Positions 51,701-64,000 of a stretch of 64,000 nucleotides of DNA are shown piece after piece (the first letter of the stretch is position 1; every line of letters starts with the position of its first letter). The notes under the pieces are model-generated. The model saw only the letters and a program-made list of their open reading frames with translations, had not been told where the DNA came from and searched no databases. Source of the DNA: the human T2T-CHM13v2.0 reference genome, Homo sapiens; assembly GCF_009914755.1 (NCBI RefSeq), contig NC_060925.1; one strand, written 5' to 3'. Position numbers and translations under genes: made by a program.

Positions 51701-52544
51701 AAACTAGAATATTCAGTGTGCTTTCTTGAATACCAGCCTTGTTTCAACTCTTTAATGAGTGGACTATTCTCTGAAGCTGGCCCTCAGTCTTACTCTGGGT
51801 TCATCAACCAAGGTCAAGATCTGTCCACATGCACGTAACAGGAGCACTTTTCCGAGAATTGTAAAGGAGCCACGGTGCAAAGCCTTCTGGACCTGGGTCT
51901 CATGTGAAAACTCAGCAATGAGCCTCCTGGCCTGAGATGAGCCTGCGGAGCACCTTGTTACAGCACGCATATGATGTATATAAAAAATGAACACATGTAT
52001 TCCAATTACACTGATTTGATCTTTACAAACTATATGGATGTATTAAATTGTCACATGTACCCTCAAAATATGTACATCTATTATGTATCAATAAAATAAT
52101 TAACATATTTTTAACTTGTTTTTGGTAGAGCCATAACATCTGGGGAGCAATTAATTGCAGAAGCAATTAATCTGGCTATTGACTGATATTTACTCAGGAC
52201 AAGGAAAACTATCATTACTAAGTAAGATGTGCAAGAAAGATTAATTCACAGTAAGCAAGATTTTTGTAGCTTGTACTGCTATAAATTTGTATTACTGACT
52301 GACATTGGGACCATCTACATGTAAATCCTACAAATCAGGACAGAACAGTGACCTCCTCAAGTGCTCATCATACTTATCTCAGTTTCCAGAAGTCAGCAAT
52401 CAATCTGAAAAGGTAACTAAAATGGCACTTATAAGAACCATAGATTGGTAAAGTTAATTATCCATATTTGTTAATAATACAAATAATAGTTAATATTTAT
52501 AATGCCCCTACCATGTACCAGGCTTCATGCTAAGTACTTTATAT

Positions 52545-52765
52545 TTTTAAATTTTTATTTCAATAGCTCTTGGGGTACAAGTGGTTTTTTGTGGCATGGA
52601 TGAATTATACGGTGGTGAATTTGAAGATTTTAGTGCACCTGTCACCCAAGTAGTGTACATTGTACCTAATGGGTAGTTTTTTTTTATCCTGAGAACCTCT
52701 TCCAACCTCCCACTTCTGATTCTCCAAAGTCCATTATATCACTCTGTATGCCTTTGTGTACTCAT
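52545..52765 (-). mobile_element. L1PB/L1MA 3'UTR fragment inside a MIR
   Basis: tggggtacaagtggttttt...tagtgcacctgtcacccaag. Confidence 0.75.
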
Positions 52766-52833
52766 ATATGCTTTATATCACTTAATCCTAACAACAATAC
52801 TATGAGGTAGATACTATTATTTTCCCCAATATA

Positions 52834-54283
52834 TAGTGATGCACCACATAGTTTCAGTCAGTGATGGACTGCATTTAAGACAGTAGTCCCATAAGATTAT
52901 AGTGGAGCTGAGAAGTTTCTATCATCTGTAATGTTGTAGCCATCATAATGTTGTAGCACAACCCATTACTCATGTTTGTGGTGATGATATAAACAAATCT
53001 CCTGCATTGCCAGTCACATAAAAGCATAACACATACAATTATGAACAGTACCTAATACTTGATAATGGTAACAAATGACTATGTTACTGCTTTATATATA
53101 ATATTTACTATACTATAGTTTTTTACTGTTATTTTAGAGTGTACTCCTTTTACTTATGAAAAAAAGGTCACTGTGGCCGGGCGCAGTGGCTCATACCTGT
53201 AATCCCAGCACTTTGGGAGGCCGAGGCAGGTGGATCACGGGGTCAGGAGTTCAAGACCAGCCTGGCCAAGATGGTGAAACCCCATCTCTACTAAAAATAC
53301 AAAAATTAGCCAGGCATGGTGGCGTGTGCCTATAATCCCAGCTACTCGGGAGGCTGAAGAAGAGAATTGCTTGAACCCGGGAGGTGGAGGTTGCAGTGAG
53401 CTGAAGTCATGCCACTGCACTCCAGCCTGGGCGACAGAGCAAGACTCCGTTTCAAAAAAAAAAAAAAGAAAAGAAAAAAGGTGACTGTAACACAGCTTCA
53501 GGCAGGTCCTTCAGGAGGTATTTCAGAAGAAGGCATTGTTATTCTAGGAGATGACAGCTACATGCGTGTTATTGCCCCTGAAGACCTCCCAGTGGGACAA
53601 GATACGTTCTGTGTCTTAGTTTTTAACAAAAAATTTTAAAAAGTAAAAAATAAAAATAAAAAATTTCTAAAATAGAAAAAAACTTGTAGAATAAGGATAT
53701 AAATAAAAATTTTTGTAGAGCCATATTGCATGTTCAGCTATGTTATTACAGAAAAGCCAACAAGTTAAAAAATTAAAATTTATAAAGTAAAAAAGATACA
53801 GTAAGATAAGTTTAATTTATTATTGAAGAAAAAAATTTTAATAAATTTAGTGGAGCTCAAGTATACAGTATTTACGAAGTCTACAATAGTGTACAGTAAT
53901 GTACTAGGCCTTCACATTCATTCACCACTCACTCAGGGACCCACCCAGAGCAACTTGCAGTCCTGTAAGTTCTATTTATAGTAAGTGCCCTATACAGGTG
54001 AATTTTAATTTTAAATACCATATTATTACTGTACCTTTTCTATGTTTAGATATGTTTAGATATACCAATGCTATTGTGTCATAACTGCCTATAGTATTCA
54101 TAACAGTGACATGCTGTACAGGGTTGTAGCCTAGAAGCAACAGATGATATCATATAGCGTAGGTGTGTAGTAGGCCATACCTTCTGGGTTTGTGTGATTA
54201 TACTCTATGATGTTATCATAGCGCACAATCGCCTAACAATGCATTTCTCAGAATCATCCCTGTTGTTAAGAAATGCAGGGCTG
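52834..54283 (+). mobile_element. Tigger3 (MER7/Golem)-type DNA transposon
   Basis: gtcccataagattatagtggagctga start; gcatttctcagaa...gttaagaaatgcagggctg end; TA flanks. Confidence 0.85.
53175..53475 (+). mobile_element. AluS inside the Tigger
   Basis: TSD aaaaaggt(c/g)actgt. Confidence 0.95.
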
Positions 54284-54647
54284 TATATAGATAAGGAAAT
54301 TGAGGATCAAAGAATTTAAAGAACTTCATAAGAGCACACAACTAGTAAGTGGTAAAGCCAACATTCAAATTTAGTTCTAAGTGTCTTCTAGGCCTAAGGT
54401 TTTCTAGGTCCAATTGCATCAAGTAAGAAAGAGGAGGAGCAGAAGGAGGAAGAGAACTGACTAGAATTCAGTACAATTGAACCAGAAACTTTGAATCAGG
54501 TTGTGCAAAATGTCAAAAGCTGTGACTTTTTGTAAGAAAGCAATCAAGTCTCCTCTGACTTTCCTTAGGGCATCACCAGTTTTCGAGTTGTCTTGAGTTG
54601 CCTCTTCTATAAAAGGGTTCCCTATTTAAGTTTCCTGTCAACATGTT

Positions 54648-55445
54648 TGTGGCATAATAAGAAATATATTTGATATTTGTCCCAGATTCCTAGCACAGAG
54701 CTCCTAAAACCCCGGAATTTCCTGAGTGATAGGAATGTCTTTTGTTACTCATAATGACGTAGTTTTGATCATACCTGAGTTTATGCTAATAAGATGACTT
54801 AGGTGGGGTCATAGAGTTTACGCGAAAAAGATAGACTCAGGATGGGAATGGTCGTTAGAAAGATTAAGAAATTAGAAGGTTGAAATTTTCACCTCCATCT
54901 ACCAACCTCCTGAAAGTAGGTGGTGGAGCTAATGATCAAGCTCTATAAAAACTCTTGACGAATGAGACTTGATGAGCTTCTGCATTGGTCAACTCATCAA
55001 GGTGCTCAGGGGTGGCACACTGGAGAAGCTCCCCTGCATACCTTGCCCTATGATCTCTTCCATCTAGCTGTTCCTGAGTTGTATTCTTTATAATATATTG
55101 GTTAACATAATATACTAGTTAACATATATAACTCATATAACAAAATTGAGAAAAGAAGTATTTTTTAAAAAGACAATGAAAACACCAAACCACCACAATC
55201 ACCTCACCCCCCACCAAAGAAATACAATAAAGAGTTTCCCTGAGTTCTGTGAGCTATTCTAGCAAATTATTGAACCCAAGGAGGGGATTGTGGGAACTCC
55301 TGAATTATAGCTAGGCTTGAGATTGGCGTCTGAAGTGGGGGTAGATTTGTGGGACAGCCCTTAACTTGTGAGATCTGATGCTAACTCCAGGTAGAGAGTG
55401 TTGGAATTTAATTGAATTGCAGGACACCCATTTGGTGTCAGAAAA
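54648..55445. mobile_element. MER21-type LTR
   Basis: gcacagagctcctaaaacc...tttccctgagttctgtgagc...atctgatgctaactccaggtaga. Confidence 0.8.
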
Positions 55446-56172
55446 TTGGTTGGGTGTCCTGTGTGAAAGTGTAGCTTTGTGTGTCTTCCAGAATGGTGTA
55501 TTTGCAAAGTTGTACAGTCAGCGAAGGTCATAATGTATGGTTAGTCCTAATCCTGTTATCATGTAAGCAAATAGTACTGGCTGTTTTGACCAAGAGTTAC
55601 AGTGAAAATTACTTTTTAGAGCCCTGATATATATACAAATTGCCTGAGTGATCTTTCTGAGTGAAATAAATATTATATCACATTTACTTATATATTTTTC
55701 CTTCTGTATTTCTGAATGCTATTTTTCATGTGAGCGTTTTTACTCCCATTAAATTCCTCCCTAGACTGAATCTGTGATGGCAGCAATATTTATTCTAAAT
55801 ATTTGGGTCAGAGTAATTAAACAGAAAGGACCTTTTTGATGAAAGTAGATGTATGAAAAGAGACATTAAAAGTGATTAACTGCTCTGTGTTAATTTGGCA
55901 GTAAATTATCTGAAAGTAAGTCTCTCAAAATTCACTGTCACCGAATTTGTTATGACTTAATGTTAACCCGGCTTCTCAGTGCGTACAACGGAATGAGGAA
56001 AAACATATAGGGTTATAGACAAAACAACTAGGTGAGGTAATTCCTGCTTTTAAGCTCATCAGATGAAGCCATAGAAATAGGGCTTTTGTTTGTTTTGTTT
56101 TTCAGTCCAAGCTGCAAGCCAAGCTGGTCATCTTTGCCCCTGAGTTTAGGTTATCCACACTGATGTTGCTAT

Positions 56173-56727
56173 TGTTACTACATGACAGAGCTGAATTTCT
56201 ACCCTTTCCTAACTCTGCTTATCTTTAAGAAACAGGATGCCTTCGATAGAAAGTTCCCTTTGTAACCAGACCAGCTGAGTCTGGCTAGAACCAAGATAGC
56301 TGACCAAACAACTTCAGAAAGATCTCGGGCTTCATTATAATCTCATTTCCATGCTAAATGACACTCCCAGCAGTGCTATGACAGTTGACAATTACATGAC
56401 AATGACCAGAAGAAGCCATAAAAGGACAAAAAGAAAGGCAGCAGTCCAGCTCCAGAAAGTTCACTACACATTTCTGGAAAAGAAAGGAATATTCCTCTCC
56501 TTGTTTTTAATATCCAACCCCTTCATTAGAGAAATCCTATATTTTAACCTCCTCACCCATCACTTGTTGAGAAGTTGATGTATGAGCTGTGTTCCCACTT
56601 CTCCATTCCATGGCCATGAAATGAAGCCCGAACTGCTTGACAATTCATTTTCAGTTTTGTGTATTGGCTTCATGACACTGAACAGAAAAAGACCCCATCT
56701 TTTGGGAGACCAGCTTTGTCACTAACA
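56173..56727. mobile_element. ERV1-type solo LTR
   Basis: TGTT...AACA termini; ctat/ctgt flanks; LTR-like internal motifs. Confidence 0.65.
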
Positions 56728-57464
56728 CTGTGTATTCATTTTTAACCATAGTATTACTAAGAAAGAGACTTGGCCACACTTCTGTGGCTCTTGGAGGAAG
56801 AAGGTTTTATGTTTGGCAGCTCAGCCCAGGACTGAACTCCCAGAAAGCAAACAGTGGCCCATGTAGGATGTGCATGTTGTTTGTGGAGGTCACATGTTTC
56901 TGTAGAAAGCACTCAAACCTAGCGGTCAGATAGGACTGGATTTGAATGCCAGCTTATCTTCCTTACAACTGCATTATTCATACAAAAATTAGAGGGAACC
57001 TACCCTCTAATCATCCTCTGACTGACATTGTGTGTGTCCTAGCATAGGCATCTCCCCTGCAGCCTCATCTACGGCAGTGGTCTCTGTTAGAATACACAGC
57101 TTGTGCCTATTCCTGACAAGTCAATGTTACCCTTAAAAAGACATCTGGAAATCACTAGAAAAATCATTCCACTCATGACACTGTGTTTCTTTAGCTTCTC
57201 TAAGGTGTACCTCAAGTTTTTTTCCCTTTTGTAGCAAGCTATAAAAGATACAATATATATAATATGTACAAGACATATGTACCATGTATATGTATTGTAC
57301 ATCCCACTCACAGCTGGATTTCTTTAATCACTTTTCTTGTGATAAAAAAGAAACAGAAATATCATAGAATCTCAATTACATTTTATTTCTCTGGTGATCA
57401 GCTTCCCAGCCTCATATATCCATAACAAAATTGAGAAAAGAAGTATTTTTTAAAAAGACAATGA

Positions 57465-57795
<331 letters not shown>

Positions 57796-58005
57796 TCACC
57801 CCACGCGCCCCCCCCCCCCACCAACAAAGAAATGATGCTAAGAGCTGACATGAAATGCAGAACTCTGCTGGTTGCCAGTACACACACAGACACAGCGATA
57901 GCTGACAGCATGACAACAAAGTAAGAGCAAAAAAACTTTAAAAACTGAGGACAACTATTTCAAAATGTAGAGCAATATGAGCCACTCGGCAAAGGACCAA
58001 ACTTT

Positions 58006-60199
<2,194 letters not shown>

Positions 60200-60624
60200 T
60201 AATTCTTAGCTATCAATAAATTATTAAATTGTATTTAACCTACTTTTTTAAAGAAAGCAGTGAAATATCTAAGACTATTTTAGAAGATCTTTCAGAAAAA
60301 TATTAGAAATTTAAAATAAAAATTTTAAATTTTTAAAGTTTAAAAATATTTTTTGTTTATTTTTATTTTTTAAGTTTAAAAAATAATTTATGTTGACCAG
60401 TTCATTCTGGGGTAATACAGTTATCTCTGTCTTTGATAAACTCTACCAGTAAATCTCACATTTTTAGGAGCTCACATTTTAATGTGAGCTTTTCTTCCTC
60501 CTAAAATATGCATGTGGCTAGTTATATTTGAGCTTGCAATTCTGAATACTATTGAGAAGGCTATGAGGGCTACCGAGTGTTTGTTCTTGTTCTTGTTCTA
60601 ACTACCCGAAGAGTTAGTTGGTCT

Positions 60625-61290
60625 TCATTATTTTGCATGTAGATATCCAGTTTTTCTAACATCATTTATTGGAAAAAACATCTTCCCCCCTATTAAATGG
60701 TCTTGGAACACTTATTAAAAATAATTTGACCATATCTGCAAGGATTTAGTTCTAGGCTCTCTATTTTATTGCATTGCTCCATATGTCTGTCCTTATTCCA
60801 GGATCACACTGTCTTGATTACTGTAGCTTTGTAGTAAATTTTGAAATGAGAAAGTATGAGTCCTCTAACTTTGTTGTTTTTTCCAGATTGTTTTGGCTAT
60901 TTGGGACACGTCACAATTTGACATGAATTTCAGGACTGGTTTTTCTATTTCTGAAAAAAATACCATTGGGATTTTGATAGGAACTGCTTTGAACCTATAG
61001 ATCACTTTGGGTAATATTTCCTCCCTTCTGCTAGATTTGGGTTTAGTTTGCTATTTTTCTTAGTTTCCTGAGATGCACAGTTAGGTTATTGATTTGATAT
61101 ATTTCTTCTTTTTAAGCATATTCATTTACAGCTATAAATTTTTCTCTTAGCATTGCTTTTGCTGCATCCCATAAATTTTGGAATCTCATGTTTTCAGTCT
61201 CTTTCATCTCAAGGTATTTTCTAATATTCCTTGTGATTTCTTTTTTGATCCATTGGTTGTTTGAATGTGTTAATTTCCATATTTTTGTGG
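60625..61290 (-). mobile_element. Ancient L1M ORF2 fragments
   Basis: gatatccagttttt...ttgattactgtagctttgtagtaa...cagctataaattt. Confidence 0.8.
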
Positions 61291-63910
61291 CAGTGAGAAT
61301 GGTCCAACCTGGTGATATGCAGTGAGGGGCTATATTAACTACAGATAATTTAAAGCAGTGATAAAATTAGTGGACATGCATCTGCTTTTTATTATTGTTG
61401 TGTGTTAGGAATTGTAAAAAATGCCAGTGATAAAATACTCTTTCCTGAAAAAAAAAAAACCTTTGTGCATCTAATAATCTAAATAATCACTGTAATTACT
61501 ACTGAGTTTTCATAATATATATTAACCTCCAGTTAACATGTTTTTATCCTTTCATAAACATTATCTTCTACATAACAGTTAATTCAAAGAACTCCTAGTT
61601 ATACACACAGGTTCTTTCAGCGAGGAAGAACTCAAGTTCTATTTTTCTGTCATTACAATGATAGAGCAACTATTATTTATTTAGGTTCTACAGTTTATAT
61701 GCGGGGAATATATAATGCCACAGGGGTTGGAGATACAAACTGCACCCCATAGGAACTTGAAAATCCCAAGCCACCACAAATTTTTAAAGTTTTCACCAAA
61801 AACAATTAAAATGTATGACAAATTTTCTGAAGAAATTTAGTGAAAAAATTTTGACTGCAGACATGTTTGAAAACCCCTTGCAAATTACTCTGAAGAAACA
61901 ATGACATGGAGAACATTGCAATTTCTGGAATTTTTGTGATACGGTTTTTTAAAATGAAACTCTGATAAACTTTGTTTAAACTTTTCCTATCTGTATATAT
62001 GTTTCATATGAAAGCAACTTTTCAATATTAAAAGTAATGAGAAGTGTGTACTACCCATTTCCTTACTGTTAAATAAGTACATATGTAATCCAAAATCATT
62101 AGCTAGTACAGTAAGTCTTCATTGATGATACATTATCTATACATTTCTGCCATTTAAGGAAGTTACAGTATATACTCAATGTAAGTATAATTTCTAGGTG
62201 ATTTTTAAATTTCTAGAGCCTTGTGTTATAACTTATAAAGTAAGTAATACTTGATTCATAATGCTGCTAAAAATGTTTATGGCAGCATGTTTCTTTGATC
62301 CTTTCAAATCTGCTATCAGCAAGTTCTTTTTACTTCAGAAAGTGGGATAGATGGAGTGTCACGTATTTTGACCTATTTAAGTGGTCTGCAAATAAAAATT
62401 TTTGAATGCTATTGATATAAAAGGACCAGAAAATAGATTATTCTAGATCACAACTCCTCACATCTATGAATTTGTTGAAATTTCTCACCTGCTAATGCCA
62501 ATTCCATCACTACCACCCTGGGCTCTTCCAGTTTCTTTTCTTTAGTGTATGTCAGTTAGAGAGAAATAAATTTAAAAGGGTTAAACAAAGCAGTGTATGT
62601 TAATTGTAGTAAATAAAATGTAGTAAAATGCAAAGAGAAAAATCTTCTTATTCCATATCCAGAGAGGAATAACTACTGGAAGATATATATACCACCCTGC
62701 AGTGTACAATCTGACTTTTTCCACTAATGCAAACATTTCCTCATTTAATTAAATTTTTCAACACCATGACTCTAAATGGCACATATGATAATTAGTTCAA
62801 CAAAACTGCTGTTGAGTTTTTAAACTGCTTCTAATTTTCCCCTACTATGAATATTGCTGTGATGGACATCCCTGTAAAATAGGCATACATACAAGCACAT
62901 ATACTAGATTATTTCCTAAGGATACAGTTCAACAGTTCAAACTGACAAACCAAATTCCACATCCATTTCTAAAGCCTTTGATTCCTATTACTAACTTGCC
63001 TTACAGAAAGGAAATGCCAATTTAAACTACCTGCAACAAATCATGAGAGTGCCTCCTTCCCCACACCGTTTTTCCAATTTTAATATGGCACAGACTTGGG
63101 CTTTCTAAATGCTGAGTGGAAAAACCCACTAGAGTTGTGATAATTGGAGGTAACAGAGAGGGGGAAGAATAATTGATGAGCAGAGTTCCTGAGAAAGACA
63201 AGAAGTGGTGAAATTTGGAGCACAGGAGGAGGAGTCAGTCTTAGACAGGAAGGACCACTGTCCCTTGGAGTGTTGATGTAGTCAAGAGGATGGCAGGCAG
63301 GGGCATGAAGTTGAAGAAATCTCTCATTAATACCCTCTAGTTTCTCTTTGAAGTAGGAAGCAAGGCTTAGCAAGATTAGGTAATTACCTCTGGATCATGT
63401 TGTTTATGAGAGATCAAGCCAAGATTGATATCACCTCTCCCAACTCAGTGATACACTAGTAATTTTAGGTAGTTCTCACTAGAACTACTTTAAAATTTAC
63501 TTAAGATAATTTTCTCTCAGCCAAAGATGATCATGACAGATACATATATATTCAGGAAAGGAGTAGTGGTCCTCATATATATATTTTTCCCCCTTAAATA
63601 ATTTTGAAAATATGTACCACACCATCTACATTTTTAAATAATAGCTAAAATTTTTCATTATGGCTTTAAAAGGCTGCAAAAATATAATTTTTGTGGCTAT
63701 AATACCTATTGGCATGTTTAATTAAGATACGTATATCACTAGTTTAAATTTATTAGGGAATCTAAATGATAATTTAACAAGACCATCACCCATTTTTAAA
63801 ACTACATGAACATGCTCTTCTTAAAGAGTTAGAAATTTACATCATTTAATTTTTTTATTGTAGGTTTCAAGAATTGTATCCAAGTATATGTTTTATAATA
63901 TAAAATTATA

Positions 63911-64000
63911 GGCTGGGCGTGGTGGCTCATGCCTGTAATCCCAGCGCTTTGGGAGGCCGAGGTGGGTGGATCATGAGGTCAGGATATTGAGACCATCCTG
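63911..64000 (+). mobile_element. Alu (Y/Sc-type) cut by the window edge
   Basis: ggctgggcgtggtggctcatgcctgtaatccc...gagaccatcctg. Confidence 0.93.

Noticed and set aside
61290-62100. Possible old hAT DNA transposon
   Set aside because: Could not identify termini or family with confidence.
63080-63373. 97-aa minus-strand ORF
   Set aside because: Non-ATG start, no recognisable motif; probably degenerate repeat.

Overview
Human (primate) genomic DNA. The AluYa5 diagnostics point to human. Most of the window is interspersed repeat, and I can support no intact protein-coding gene. It holds two full-length, inactivated minus-strand L1PA elements in direct orientation about 20.7 kb apart, a 5'-inverted L1PA, an internally deleted older L1, long stretches of ancient L1M, about 11 Alus, several solo LTRs, DNA transposons, one olfactory-receptor pseudogene and a Y3 RNA retrocopy. 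I found no novel coding system; the interest is structural. (1) The two full-length L1s belong to different subfamilies yet share many non-consensus substitutions, including the same RT-killing FADD->FAHD change, which suggests patchy ectopic gene conversion. (2) The second L1 carries a ~720-bp 3' transduction and an 8-nt 5' remnant of its source target-site duplication (TSD). (3) Three separate short insertions were copied from DNA 1-2.5 kb away. Repeat subfamily names and consensus comparisons come from recalled consensus sequences, not a database search, and boundaries of old repeats are approximate.
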